DNA of 64,000 nt from Tubulanus polymorphus. Its lineage: Eukaryota > Animalia > Nemertea. Position numbers and translations under genes: made by a program. Every line of letters begins with the position of its first letter. Within the stretch, counting starts at the first letter, position 1. The notes beneath the pieces are model-generated. The model saw only the letters and a list, made by a program, of their open reading frames with translations. It ran no database searches and was not told the origin of the DNA. Positions 29,321 through 44,800 of this stretch are shown piece by piece. Location: contig NC_134033.1 of assembly GCF_964204645.1 (NCBI RefSeq), positions 12,222,655 through 12,286,654 on the forward strand. The letters run 5' to 3'.

Positions 29321-32300
29321 TTTGCCAGAAAAGTTCTATAAAATGACAAGAATGAATTCATTGATGTTTGTAGGTTTATTGCCGTTATTCCGGAACCGTT
29401 TCTAGTCGTTATGATTAGCGTTTCTAGCACATTCGATTTACGTATATACGATATACAACTATATACCGCAGCTTCGTACACGGCCGTTACAGCAAATGAC
29501 AATTAAATCTGTACTTTCCGTACAACCGTTAATCTCCCAGCAGTATACTGACGGATTAACTTAAATCCTCGATTACGTGCGTACACATACCATTTCGGAT
29601 AATCTGCATTTCGATTAGCTAGCGATGCAGCAGCGATTGGCTGATCAAACGGGATCAGTCGAAATTATCAGTGATTGAGTTAGCGATGATATAAACGGGG
29701 ATACGATATTCTACCTGTTACTGTTCGTACTTCATCGATCTGGTTTACATACATCTTCACACCCCGTGGCTATATTCACCCTCACGATGAACCGCTGGAG
29801 AATCGAAAGAAAAGTCAGGACGTTTATATTTGATTTTTACATTTATATTGTACCCGAGGCACTCGTGTGATTACCAGGCTTCCTAATCGATTCTAATCGT
29901 CTTTGATGATGGTGATTTCGAAAATCCGATACTTAATAGGAAGATTGAATGTCGATAATTTTACGCGTTTCTCCGTCTAGAATCTTCCAGAAAGACGTTT
30001 TTTCTATGAAGTCCAGTTTATTCGATTTATCGTGATGTAACATCCCGTGCTACAGCGCTACGTGTCACTCCGATTAGACCGATGCTCCACACGCGTGGAA
30101 ACACGGAAACACGGAGTCAAACATGGCGTTGTGTAAACAAGCGATATCGTCTTTTGCATTGGTGTGCATGATGTTGCCTTCTGGGCATCAAACGTACATC
30201 ATACTATACCTCTCGCTCGAGCGTTCACCCAAAAATTCGATAATATCCTCTCTTCAAGTAGATTTCAGTAGATCAAAGGCATTACATGCGACATAAGAGC
30301 AAGTTGCAACTTAAAAAAGTTGTCATTTCCATAAATAGTTTTTAATAACCTGTAGTACTACACCGTTACAACATCGTTCCCTGTATACCTAGTCGCTTTG
30401 TTCGGCTTGCAAATACCACATTTGTTTGTTGTTCATTTGCTTCGAACATGATACTAAAATCGAAATATTTTTGTTACGACAGACGAATTCCAAACCCTGT
30501 AACTACAATGCTGCAACTCGGTTGAAAGATCGCCAACTGGTATATCTGACACTGACACTTGCCATTTTTACATCTCGTATCACGGAAACGTAATCAAACG
30601 TAATGAACTCTTAATTCGTTATGTGTAGGTGGCATACGTGACCGTCCACCAATGGCATATACGTAACCGAGAATCGTCCACCAATTACTATATCTGATTC
30701 TATTTCGCAATATTCTTGTTGGAAAAATCTCAAACTTCTGCTAACGAAAAGGTTCAAAATCGTGGGCACAAATCTCCACCCGTAGCTATACCAACAGTAT
30801 CGTATAAGCCGACGCAATTTACACGTACACTTTCGAAGTCCCCGGTTGGTGTTCTTAATGATTTTAGTGTGTCGCAGGGATAAGTAACTCAATCACGTCC
30901 AATAAGCTGAGTTGGGATAACGCGGTTACTTCGCCGAATAGTCGCCAACCTAATGTTCTTCAGTCAGACGATGAGATTTTTACAAGGTCAATCAACACCG
31001 CGACGGACAACAACACATTCAATCTATGTACGACATTCAATAAACGACATTCGATAAATGAGGAGACCTTCCGGTCAGAAAACGACGACGGTCGATTGAA
31101 GGAGAGTATAGGAAGATGAAGATCTATAGAACGTATAACTGTGTAACGAGTATACGTCATTTAATCGGGAGTTGACGTCAAACCAGGTGAAGATATCGAT
31201 TAGTTTTCTACCAATTTCGAGATATGCAATGATAAAAACACATGGGAAACTCAGAACCGAAAACATTTGTACGTATTTACTGCACTAAGATTTCCGAGAA
31301 GCTGCCATACTCCAGAATCGCCCAGGACCATGTACGGATAGGAAGCATTCATCGTGCCTTCCACTGAGATAGAGGAAGTCCCTCGCAATTCAGCATATGC
31401 GTCGTTTGCGTAGCTTATTTCTATTAATGATTGGCATATAGAGAGCTATGCAAGTTCCATAAAAAACCTATACCGACAACAATTCCAGCAACCACATCAC
31501 CATCAGTGTCATTTTCTCTAGAAATCAGAGAACCACAGCGCCAGAAGTGGAGAGAGAGAGAGAGCGAAAGGAGATAGACCCATAGCGAAATCGATCAGCA
31601 ATTTTAAAGCTTTCTATTTTCGACATCATTCACCGCACATACGCCTCTGGGCGTATGGCACAATCGAACGTGTGAAAACTATAACGATCATTTTTATATG
31701 AATTACTACAACACATAAACTCCACGAAGACAAAAACACAACAACGCGTTACGCTGGAAAATTGTTTCACTCGATGCCACATTCAGAATATTTATTATTC
31801 AAAATATTCTCTATTTGCATGGCCTTCAATTACACGGCATATAAAAGGCAATCGCAACCAATAAATGCTATGGAAACACGTATTATGAGACTGCCAACAT
31901 ACCACTAGAAATAAAAAGAGCGAACGTGGTTGGAGGAAGGTGAGGGATCAGTTGAATTGTGGATGTCATCTACCCTAGCCTGAATGGTATTTGTTTAAGA
32001 TGGTGTACTTGCTAGCGGTGTGTAGCCGTCGTTGCTGCTGCGTTTTAATCGTTGCTCCAGTGTCGATGATGATGAAGAAGATTTTCCAATGATATGGCGT
32101 AGTGTTGGCTGGTGAAGATGTTGTGACTAAGGCATCCGATTTATTCAGGCTATGCTATGATAGAAGTCTTAATAAAATAGATAACAAGGTCAGTCCCTAT
32201 TTCAAGATGAACAAAGAGGGGAATTACTAGTGATACCAAAAATGATTTTTGTAAATTTTCATCGTAGTTGTTTTAAATGGTGTAGTCGGAATATGAGTCA

Positions 32301-33387
32301 CGCGTTGAGTTCTGTGGATCGAAACAATTAATTCCATTTACGTCGACAAGTAGGGAAACGAAAGTACCTTATAATTCAGCGTGCTGATGCACGTAACTAT
32401 TCAGCATGTTGTATCCCGTCTTGAAATCTCGGCATCGATAACCGCTTAACACCAAGGCCACCAGAACCATCGTGACTGAAGGGGCTATATCGTATCAAGT
32501 GGATGGAGACTTGATGCGGTTCAAATAAATGGGACTAGCAAACATTAAACACGTTTGAGAGTCACACGCAAACACAGTTGTATCGCGCAGCGGACTACTA
32601 TAAAACGTCGTCACGTCGGTTTAGACGGAAATTCGTGAAAATCTAAATCACTTCGCTGTTATTATTAAGAGACTCAATGTCAAGACTGTTCCATGCGAGG
32701 TGTGGAGGGACTGACTGACTCATCTAGGCAGAGTGACTTTACCAAGCATTACAATTTTAGCAGCATATATTTTGAAAAACTACGTTTTTCAATAAGTCGA
32801 ATAGCTACATTTCGAGGTATTAATAATTCTATGAAACAATTGGAAAATTGGATTCAAGGTGTGAGTAGAATCCATGGCGTGTAGTATAGTGCAGGCACTA
32901 AAATAGATGTTGGATAAACGCTCAGTAATGACTAACCGATCGAAGTATAACTTGTTCAAATTTATAGCTCCAATTTGCACTATTGTTAATTATCAATAAT
33001 TAATCTGTTACCAGAGCATCGGCTTAATTAAAACGGTATATCGTCGGCAGGCATCGACTCAACAACGCGAGATTCGACTATCAATACTGCAAAATACTGA
33101 CACATTAAGCAAGGCGTCTATAACCGACCTGGCGGAAAAAATAAGACGGACGAAAAAACCTAAATTGATGGCTGATTAAAATCCACGAATAGAAGCAAAG
33201 AAACGAGATTATTGAAATTATGGAGAAAAGAATTGAATGATGCAGTCTTGTAGAAACATATCGCGTATCAATGGGCGTTGTCGACAATCGGCAAGTTCAC
33301 TTCGGTAAACCATCACGGAATAACGTGCGTACTGACAAGCATACGGAACCGCATCATTGTTTCCATGAAATAGAAGGTAACCCAGTT

Positions 33388-33745
33388 ACTGCGGAACCTC
33401 GTTTCAACGACCTCTGATATCGATTCATCGGTTTTAACAGTGGAACCTCGTTACAACGAACTCGGATGCAACGATTCATCGGATATTACAAATATAGAAT
33501 TCTGTCCCGAATAAGACAATTTGATTGATTTCATAGATTTAACGAAGTATCGGTTATAACGAACATATTTTCTGACCCCGTGAATGCGGTTGTAACGAGG
33601 TTTTAACGAGGTCCACCGTAAAAACAATGAATATCGCCGAAAATAGGAAAATTTCGATTTCATACTTTGATATAACGAACTATCGGTTATAACAAACAGA
33701 TTTTCTGGTCCCATGAAGTTTGTTGCATAACGAGGTTTCACCGTA
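33388..33745. mobile_element. Cluster of pogo/Tigger-like MITE fragments
   Basis: Ends CAGTGGAACCTCGTTACAACGA / TAACGAGGT(T/C)(T)CACCGTA; a related short copy lies at ~1921-2002. Confidence 0.65.
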
Positions 33746-34740
33746 GTTTGTTTTATCGAAGATCTGGTAGGCCGTGGGTACAACAGATCGTGTACACGAA
33801 TTCTTCACGTGTTACGGGCGCACTTAACTGTGTTTAACATCGATTTCTAAAACAAATCGAAGCAATTCAAAACAACCCTCACAACGTAGTGAATCGTGTG
33901 TACTCGATTAAACACAATTAAAACGTAATTCCTCGGAGACGAAGACAGAGAAAATACAGCGGTTCGAGATCTTTCATCGATTCTATGCCAATCACGACAA
34001 CGTCATGCGCGATGTGTGTTCGGCGTAGACTTAATTCATCATATACAAGACACATCACATACGTACCGTGCACTAGCAATTATATTTTTCGAAAGTAGAA
34101 ACAAACAGAAACTAAACAAATTTTATGTCATAAACTATAGTCTACTATATGAGATAAAAGAAAACCGAAATAGGGAAATATTTTTCTAAATTTGCTAGAA
34201 ATATACAATGGGAATATGTCTTTCCAAATATGATGCTATGTAAAGCAATGGAATACAACTATATCCATTTGTATAGAATACATGATAATCTTTCAAGCAC
34301 ATATAATGTGCACTTGGATGCCGATGTGGAGCTGAAAATTTGAGACCTCCGTTGCTTCCAAATGTAGCGAGCAGTTCTGAAATATTTGCAGGAGTGACTG
34401 ATACCCGTCCGAAACGTGACCAATAATTCATTATAGCCTTTATCCACAAGGGCACACGATGTGTATTCGTGATGAGAAATATTTTAACACAAACGATGAA
34501 TTGTTCATGTAGGGGAATCCAGTTCGCTTGGAGATGAAACTAACGATCGTATGGTCAATTCGGATTTTGAAAGGTATTCGTACATTTTTTAGTTGCAATA
34601 TCTTTGAAATATTGCACTTATAATTCACAAATCGACAGGTAGTGACGTGTTTGATTTAAGTAGGATATGAAATCTATTTTGTTAAAAAGTCTAATTTTCA
34701 TGCAAAGGCAATTTAACGTCCGTATGTTTAGTTAACATTA

Positions 34741-35249
34741 CTGGGGCCAGTAGCTTGCGGTGGGTGGATGTTTCAGCTAGGGCCAGTAGCTTGTGGTGGG
34801 TGGTTATCTCTCAGCTGGGGCCAGTAGCTTGTGGTAGTTGGTTGTCTCAGCTGGGGCCAGTAGCTTGTGGTAGTTGGTTGTCTCAGCTGGGGCCAGTAGC
34901 TTGTGGTGGGTGGTTGTCTCAGCTGGAGCCAGTAGCTTGTGGTGGGTGGTTGTCTCAGCTGGGGCCAGTAGCTTGTGGTGGGTGGTTGTCTCAGCTGGGG
35001 CCAGTAGCTTGTGGTGGGTGGGTGTCTCAGATGGGGCTAGTATCTTGTGGTGGGTGGTTGTCTCAGTTGGGGCCAGTAGCTTGTGGTGGGTGGTTGTCTC
35101 AGCTGGGGCCAGTAGCTTTTGGTGGGTGGTTGTCTCAGCTGGGGCCAGTAGCTTGTGGTGGGTGGTTGTCTCAGCTGGGGCCAGTAGCTTGTGGTGGGTG
35201 GTTTTCTCAGCTGGGGCTAGTAGCTTGTGGTGGGTGGTTGTCTCAGCTG
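34741..35249. repeat. 36-bp minisatellite, about 14 copies
   Basis: Unit CTGGGGCCAGTAGCTTGTGGTGGGTGGTTGTCTCAG head-to-tail, few substitutions, no spacers. Confidence 0.95.
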
Positions 35250-35715
35250 TATCGACAGAAGACAACTGACAGCCGGTTATCATCTGATTCGAACGGGCAC
35301 GTAGAAAACCGTTTCACGCAGAAAATAGCAATATCCGGCTGGCAATTGATCAAAACGTCAAATTGAAAGACTTATCTGTGAACAATATCTGCGATGGCTC
35401 TTCGGTATGGTTCACGTAATATGGCGAAATATTATCTATATGCATAAGATGACAAACGACCTTTGCGCTTGCGATCGTGGGCGTTACCATTCGACCTTTA
35501 CCGCGCTGCCAATTGCTACCAACCTTCCGTCGCCCGCATGCTGACAGGTGCCTACGTGTGCTATGCAATGAAACTGTTAATTTACGAATAAATGTATCGC
35601 TAGCGATCCAATCTGAACGGTAACCATTCTGGACTATGCGAAAGCGACGTTTGCCAAACCTACCACTGGCACGATCTGGCCAGGCTTTGAATGTGCCTTT
35701 TAAAGTAATAGACCT

Positions 35716-35825
35716 GAACCCAGTTCCACAGTCGTGAGTTAGAATTAACTCTGAGTTAACGTTAGTTCATTTTCAATGAGTTAACTCAGAGATAAATCTT
35801 AATTCGGAACTGTGGAACTGGACCC
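35716..35825. mobile_element. Short palindromic MITE
   Basis: CCAGTTCCACAGT..CTCTGAGTTAAC..GTTAACTCAGAG..ACTGTGGAACTGG. Confidence 0.7.
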
Positions 35826-38422
35826 CTGTATGGCAGATTAATCCGCTTACCTGACAGCAAATATCTACCTATAGTATACCTAAACCTCGACACGGATCCT
35901 AACCTGATAATATCGAATTTTTGACACGGTTCCCTAGAAGGCGCATAGGGATATGTCATGATTATCAGCCTACCAAGAAATCGCATATACGAAAAAATGA
36001 TTGAAATAAAAAAAAAAAGATTTATAACCGGATATATTTCTTATGCGGCGATGCTGCTGGGATAACTAACTGTACACTGGTTTACTTGCTTGACTTCCGA
36101 CCGTTGAAGAGTCTCTCGGCAGCCATAAGGTTTTAATTCGAAAGTTAAATGTCGCACCTACGCGCATGGTAAAAGGTGACTGCTAGTTCGGTATCAACAC
36201 CTGAAAGGTCGAGTACGACAACAATAGCTTTGCTGCGAAGAAACGATGGAGAATATATAATTATTTGCTGGGCTCCAGAGTCGTCGCTTCTTCCAAACTT
36301 CAACATTTGCATCTGATGAATGAGGAATTGAATCCTGAAACCAGCAATCGGGATATCTTGGACACGCATATTATGACGACGCGAGAAAGGTCGAAAATTC
36401 ATGTTAATCAAATTCAACCAGACGTCAGACAGACAGTCCGTGGCAATATTTGAAACCGCTCGCAGCAGACGGGCGTCAATTCAACCGAACAATCCAGAAC
36501 AGTCCGATGATTGGTAAATATCTGTGCACACACGCCGGCTTCGAAATAAATATCCATCATAGATGGCAAACGGCGAGAGAGAGACGTATGTACATATGCA
36601 TGAAGCAATTGGTGTCATTTAGCAGTGCATGCTAACTATCAGACACAAGATTGTCGATAATTGAGGGTTTCTGTATGGACACCGTTGTGTCCGTTCACGA
36701 TACTCAGAATTTAATCAATTAACGTTACACCAGTAAACCGTTTCCTGTATGAGACGTTAGCTACAGTATTGTACATCCGTCAGAGTCTGGCGATTGTTAA
36801 TTTCACGCCCCGTACGAACGGACAATGGCGTAAAGCGGAGACGCGATGTCGCTCGACTCGGTGCGAAAGACATTTTTAGGAGACGCTTTCCACTGGAAGC
36901 AATAGAGTTGATTGAATTGTCACGTAAACTACGTAAGGAGACTGCAGGTATTCTGTAACACTATAGATAATCTGTTTGACGTCACGGAACACGCGAGTGG
37001 TTTATCCAATAGCGGAATGGCATTGTAAGTAGAGAGGTTTCATCCGTCTTGAGAGCACCGTTTACTGCAGGAACTTGTATAAAATATAACCTAAGAATAT
37101 TTCTGTTATCTAATTTTCTCATTTTGATTTTAAATGTTATAGTTGGTCTGATTTGCCGGATTGAATAAGACGTATAACGATGACACACACGAGCCCAGGG
37201 TAGCTGATCCAGGAAAACGTTAGATCAGATTACATCTTTGTAAATCTATATTTGTTTGTCCCCGCAGTTGTTCCTTATCGACGCGGATCGCTGGCCTCTG
37301 TCGCTGTAATAATATATCACTTATTGATCTATGAAATGTTCATTCCTCGGGTTATATTTCAGATACAATTTTCTCATGTTACCTTGTTAATTTTTCTTTC
37401 ATATTAACATCAACTAAGCAAGATTCCTTTCCGCTTTCACCCCGATATACCGGAATATGCTCCTATTTGCGTCGTATTTCCAAAGATTCTCTGCAGGAGC
37501 ATTTCGTCCACAGGATCTCCGACTAAAGCTACCCACCTTTGCCACGTTTAAATTAAATCGACCCTCATCCATATATGGCTGGCTATACGGGCCTGCTTAT
37601 TTCATATCGATCTATCAAATCACGGGTATCCAACGACAAAAGTATCCAAAATAAGGGACAAAATCGACCGTTGTTTTTCTAGTCTCACCTCCCTGGTTAT
37701 ACCAACGCCTTTCGTTGATTCGTGTTTTCACTTGAAACGTTTGCTTCTAGAAACGCTTGTCAAAACTGTTATACTGAACGTACGAAGTTGGCAATTACCA
37801 ATTGGCGAGCGCCGTATGTTTTTGATTTCATTAAAACCCGTCAGACCATATAGAGTTGACAAGAGATGAAAAACCGATATTACTCCCCGTGGTAATCATG
37901 GCATCAACTGTATCGACTTGTATCTTTACTGCATATTGATTGGATAGGACAAAAAAAAAACTATATAACGCGTATTGATCGAGCAATTGATGTCCGTTGG
38001 GATTTGACGACTTCCAAGTATTAACTGTAAAACACACGTCGTATGAGCAACGCCTAAGCTGGTCGAGAAAAACGTTTAGAATGACGCGTCGACTCGTCGC
38101 CATTTCCTTACGTTCGAAGTCGTTATGCAAACATATCTTGCGACCATCTTAACCATTTAATCACTTCTTCAGACAGACTGTTATGATAAGTGAGTAAGGA
38201 AAAAACTTATCAATTGAATTCGGTGCTTTGGGTGAACTCTATTATCAATTGCGTATATCTACAGGCATCTGATCGCGCTCCTTTATTAGCAACGTGATCG
38301 TTTTTGGAACTCCAAAACGTCTATTCTGTTGTGAACACGTGATCGAAACACCCCCCATCACCAGTTCGTCTGCAGAACTCGGTTGGAGACTATAGAAGCA
38401 TTGATATAGTGCGCCTTCTGTA

Positions 38423-38507
38423 TAGACTGGTCGCCTGTCCAATTCTGCGCCACCTGCATTCCCAGTCAGAATAGTCTAACTGAAGGTAGAGACCGGCAAC
38501 CAGTCTA
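38423..38507. mobile_element. Small TAGACTGG..CCAGTCTA-ended element (second copy ~25446-25598)
   Basis: Inverted ends TAGACTGGT / ACCAGTCTA; internal GCCTGTCCAATTCTGCGCCACC..CAGTCAGAATAGT..AACTGAAGGTAGAGACCGGCAAC shared by both copies. Confidence 0.7.
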
Positions 38508-41500
38508 CATTCTGTATAGTCGACTTCGTATTTCGATATTCATGTCCGATATCGGTTTGCTTATCACTCGTACTGTTTTTTTTTTCTACGATTGTTGCCC
38601 GAAGGTAATTGACTGTTAGTTCGTTCATTAGCGGCTTCAGTCGTCGCTTCGTTCGCGCTCTCCGCTCATATATCCACCGCACTACACACACACACACACA
38701 GTAGTATCTACACAGCACCTTCCACTGACGCTGAAGTGTTGTTACGTACTGGCTGCTATATAGTGCCGTGAAAATACCTATCTCCGGAAACAAGCCGTTA
38801 ATTTCCGGATATTACTGGCTATAATATGAGATATATATTTCAACATATCCGTTACGCAATACAGATAGTAGATCGTCAACTTGGTAAGATATTCAAATAC
38901 GCCATTTTCCATGTAATGTCTTCTTTATATGTCTCCAGTTTGCAGGGAATTGTTCGTACTTATCCATTTATTCCTGAATATAGCGATATGCAGATATATC
39001 GTTATATTCTGCGATGCGATCTAGGTTATCTTTCTGAATATACCAACTGGAATTTTCTGCGCTAGCTAGTTTGCATAAAATTTGCATACGTTCACTTGGG
39101 TTCGAATCCTAGCAATGGAAATGACCGACGCGTGTTGGGCAAACGATAGTCTAGTACCTAGCCGTCGTTCCACAAACAACGACTGGTAGTCATACTAGGC
39201 AAACGACTGTTTAATGATATTGTAAAAAGCGCTCATTTCAAATTAATGATAAATAATAGGTAGGCCTATATATAGTTTTGTAATTCCCGCTAATCTGGGA
39301 CGGTCACGGGACGACGTCAAGCTGTCACTATTAAAACAGTACTGTATATGTATGAATGTTATTATGCACGCGTATATATGTATAACAGCGCAACAAACAC
39401 AAGAATACGAGCCTTTAAGCGGAATATCTATTACCCGTTGCATGGAAGGTACGAACGTTTTAGTTATAGCAATTACCGTAATGTTACCAAGTACCCTACA
39501 GTTGGTCTACCTGTTGTCTCCCGCATTCTCAAGTAAGCGGCGAAACGAAATCGAGCAGCCTCTACTTATCAATTTGAATTGAATGAGTATTCGAAGTGGG
39601 CAGTCCTATTACTTAGTCTTATTACTGTAAGTTATGGTTTAAATGCTGAATGTAATGCATTAATGTACTGGTACTCGATATAGATAGGTTGCCTATATAC
39701 GATATGATATATACATATTTCGTTACAAACATTATAAGGCAATATATATGTACATTGTATGCATCATTATCTTAGTCACGCTATGTACCTGCGGGCTTAA
39801 TTTTGATTTTTGAAAAAATCAAGCGACAAATAATACAGAAGAAGTATGTCATTGTGTCGTTCGAGCCCTAGAGATTGCAGTTTACGGTTTCCACCGCTTA
39901 AGGCGATTGAAACGTCGGGTAATTCGCTATCAGGTATCGCAGCGTTATAACGGAAACTGTGTTAGAAATATTCTCAGTTACTTGTGAACGATGTATATAT
40001 CGTTATGGATGTGTTTGTTTCAATTTCCGTGCATTTATACATGTATGTATATGTTTATCGAGAAAGTGCCGTTCCGGGCTCTGTTATTAGCAGGCTTTGT
40101 AGTCGATATATGCGTATAAGATGATTACCTATATCACAAATGCAACAACACACACGTCAAGTCAAACATCGGTCAGTAACAATCAGATTATAGGTAACAC
40201 AACGATAGGAAACCTTTCTTTCACGTCAGTTCAAGGTAAGATTCGGGTCAACGTTGTTTGTGTGATTACATCGTCGAGAGTGTGGGAATTCTACCGGTCC
40301 AAATTGACGACGTAATTCCGGACCGTCCGTGAAGTTGGTATGTTAGCTCAGATCCGTGGTGTATGATTTTCGTGACTGCATGCACATATACGTCACCAGC
40401 CTCGGAAAATGGCGACATATTCATCGCGAGATCACTTGAAAAATAAAGACTACTTATCGAATTCCGTGGTAACCACTCCAGCTGGCGTGGCTGGTCACTG
40501 ATATCATCAATTAGACAAAGTCTTGACTTCTTTCTTTTTCCCAGTAAATGATTTTTCTCCCTAAAGAGAAATTGACCCTTCTAACGCTGCGACGCGACGG
40601 ATAGTCGGTCGGCATTTTAGTGCGTCTTCTATATAAGAGCGTTTTGCTTGAAAGCTTCAAGAATTCCGACACAAACAGGCGGAACTGCTGTTAGCATTAA
40701 TCTCTCGTCATTAAAATTGCCAACGGCTATGGATTTTTTCACATGCATTGAGGGCCGTTAGTATTGTGGAAATAAGCATCGGTAGCGTTTCAACAAAAAG
40801 CATAAGCTCTAGTCTACAAAGTACCCTCTCCATATTGACAGTATTGGCATTGAATAATAGCGGAGAGGCAAAATAAATCCGGGTACACCGACTTACAAAG
40901 GCAACCGTTTATTCGACGCCCGTCGTGTAAATCATTTAACAAGTCGAACCCGGATGTGGCGTCATTGTCGGCCGCGCTCGGATTTCCGGAAAGCGTTTCC
41001 GAAAATTCTCGGATTATGCCGAACATTGTCGGGGATTTCCGGTGTTTATTCTCCGGTATCGAGGCTCGATTTGTTGCTTAAATCCGATTTGCATTATCCG
41101 AACGAGTAAATCAACATGATGTTCGGCCGGTTGCGAGTCGGCCTCGAAGACTTCAAAGCGATAAATTAGCGTCGTAATAACTTTCCGATCGAAACAACAA
41201 TTCATTTATTCGTTATCCCACTATCCCACAAAACGGCGTGACGAGCACTCGGTCATTAATCATAGTACATGTAGTTTTAGATGTAGCTCCAACGAGTTTT
41301 GTTACGCTGCCAAAATTAGTTCTTTTTCAATGAACTTTGAAGTGAATTCTTAGGCTTCCGAATCCATAGCTCTCACAGCACCCACCAAATGTACATTAAA
41401 TTAATTTTTTTCTACTCAGATATTGGTATAATTGCCAATAACGATGATCTTTTTAAGAGAAAAGTTCATTCAGCCTTCATTGAAATGTAGAAGAAATCGA

Positions 41501-41609
41501 ATGTGGAAGACCAAGTTACTACAAATGAACTCGATGGATCCTCGCCTGCCATTAGTAGAATCCTCGATTGCCACAGGAGGTGTCGTAGGTTCCCCATTCG
41601 TATGGAACA

Positions 41610-41806
<197 letters not shown>

Positions 41807-44800
41807 CTCCATATTGATATTTTCTGTAACGTTTGACTCGGTAATTGCTAATATATTCAGGCGTCCTTTGAAATATTGATTGACTTCAAAATGTCGTCAT
41901 CGAACGCGATTGCGTTTTAGATCTATTTCAGTATCGAGATGAGATCATAGACCGTTTATAATATTTCCAATAGCAAGATTTCAAAAAAAGGAAATTCCTT
42001 TATTCATACGCTCAATCGAAAAGATGTACACAATGTACTTAATCTTAAATCCGTTGGAATTTATCTTAATCTGCTCTGGGTTAGTAGACAGCTTAGGATT
42101 CTTTTAACAGTGGTTACTCTTATTCATTTGGTTGATTGATTGGTTGGTTAATTTTGAATTCATTTTGAGTTCTGTACCTTTTTCAAAACCTACCACATCT
42201 GCCGGGAACAATCGGATATCAGAGTACAGATATAGAAGTGTGATCGGCAGACGAATTTACAGCATTTTTTTGTTTAAATCGAAGTTCATTATTGGAAATT
42301 CCCATTACGGTTCGTTCAGACAATCTTCCAACCAGCCTGGACCGGTAAGCGACTGGTTGGGGTTTATTTTGTATGCAACCTGAAGACATCGAGCTTATGT
42401 GGATTTCGACAGGGGTCTTAATGCGGCAACAACCACCGCGCCAAACTGTTTTGGCAGGGATCCTGAAAGGCCACTGAACTAACTTTTTGGAAATTTCGGC
42501 GTTTGTCTAATCGTAGCCGCCGTCTTAAGACTGTTTGTCGACCACATCCGGCATGGGAGATGGTAGCTAATGACTAATGAGTAGCAGTAGCGATGGCGAC
42601 ACACCGCACGTAGCTAACGAAATGTGCCACGCGAGACCGATGAAATGATCAGGGGAACTAATTCACACACAGAAAACGAACAACTTCCCGGCTCGCGCCT
42701 GGAATACAATCGATCTGAATCCAGTTGAGGATTGCTCGTTTATACTCGGCATCGTGCTGTTGAATATATACGATAAAAAGACCACTTCGCAGACGGCCAC
42801 GGTCATGTCCTTCATTAATATTAATCAGGGGGTCTGGACGAAGACGTCGTGCATGTACCGTAGTGCGAGCTGCGTAATGTATGGCGAATAGGTAATCCTG
42901 AAATACACGTTCAGCGAATTCTAAAAAACCTCTATCCTTGCAGATATGAATATATATTATATATGCTATATATGTATATTATTCATGTTTATTGATTGAA
43001 AAGTAGGGATCGGTTGACGGTAATATTGTGTATCCCTACGCGAAAGCACATATGGCTACAGAGTTCCACATGCAAGATTATAGTAAATTTATGGAAACGC
43101 ATTATATTTGTCGATGTCGGCGAAGAAATCTAATTTGCAGGCTCAGTGCCGCGTCTTTTTCCTGCCAAGATAAGTCGATAACTGCCTCCGTGTATAGAAA
43201 CTCTCTATATGCAGTACGTATTGAGCAAAATGTATGGACATATCATTTATAAATATCTCTGTCTCTCTCTCAGAACCTGTACTTCCTACCAGGCATATTC
43301 TTTACGGTCTGATTGGTATTTCAAGTCAGGGCGTTTCGAGTTGACCGAGACGACGGAACTCGTGCAGAGTAAACATACTATTCACTAGAAAGATTGTCAA
43401 TTATTTATTAGATCATTGATAATATTTAAATATGTATTTACTTCTGGTTTGAGTTAGCGTTTGTTTAACATTTTCTAGCTTGTGTCGATGTCTTCGAGTT
43501 CGTCTTCCAATTCTCCGCATAATCCGTAGAGTATAAGGTCGTGACGACAGTACCCGAACATTATTTTCGATTAACACGAATTAGGTTGTGATGTCTGAAC
43601 CATCATGTTTGGACGGACATTCACCATTCGCGAATAATGTGTGTTCGTCCAGATTTTGCCACTCAAAAGGTCATCGTGTGAGGAGGTGGGTGACAGCAGA
43701 TTGATTGCTGCGTGAGAACAAGGATACCCGATAGGTGGGCGCTAAAGTAGGCGAGTTACGGTAAGGTTTTACTCACGCGATTGAGATATATTCACGATGC
43801 CTAGAATTATTTCAGAGCGTCGTTGCACGTTACCGCGCCGCGCGATACACAGTAAATCACGAGGTATGTACGGCACTGATTTGGTGTAGCAGTCATTAAT
43901 AACGCGGGCGTTAAGTAACCGCACAATGGCGGTTATAATGTTCCGTCGATTATTTTAACGCTTCTAATCCTCTCTGGGAATGATAATAGATTCGGATTTA
44001 TCGTGCGCGAAATTCTCGCTTCATTTCTAGTTGTAATGTGATTTATCAGTGGCTCCTAAACTGCCGCCGGATAACGGGGAATTCGCTGAGGCAAACGCGA
44101 ATTTTGCAGAAGCTCCGGTTTCGAAAGCAATTCGTATCATTGTTTCGCTTAGTAAAAGAAGAACGCCTGTCCTTATACGTTATTAACGTAACTAGAAAAC
44201 TAACTATCGACAATTAAGGATCAATATAGTTATTTTAAATTTGATCAACAATTGAATTGAATTTACCGGCAACCAGTCTAACCAGGCTGACTCCAATATT
44301 GAAGGGGTATGGAAACATCAACTCAAAATTCATTAGCAAAATTATTTATTATTTATATTTATTAAATAGTAAATAAGAATCATTAAATATATTCAATAAT
44401 AGAATAATCGCCAAAATTCACAATCGTAATTGTTATCCTGATACGCCAATTTTGATGACGTAGTGCACATCGACTCACATAGTACCCCTTATATAAAGCA
44501 TAGTGTCAATGAATATAAGAACATTATTGTAATGGTTTAAGAAAATATCGTCAAAAATATCTGTTCAACATTGCAGGAGAATGACAGTGACAGCTATACT
44601 GCTATGATTTGTTTGTTAGAAATGGCCGGATGTATCGTAACGTATGTCCCATCGCCCATTATAGCAGAGATACATCGACGTTACATGACGCTATACCATT
44701 GGTTTGACTGCCATTCCCCTCGGGGTTTAGCGCTTTGAGGAGTTGATAAACAGCCAGACTTTAAAACAAGTAGAGCCTAATTTGTCTCGGGAAGAAATTT

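Noticed and set aside
34741-35249. 36-bp repeats as a CRISPR array, or the 131-203 aa ORFs over them as proteins
   Set aside because: Units are contiguous with no unique spacers, there are no cas genes, and the context is eukaryotic; the ORFs are by-products of a stop-free 36-nt unit
43325-43372. Second hammerhead-like motif on the minus strand (a weaker one at ~16858-16895)
   Set aside because: Stem II and GAAA are present, but the CUGANGA core, cleavage triplet or stem I are broken
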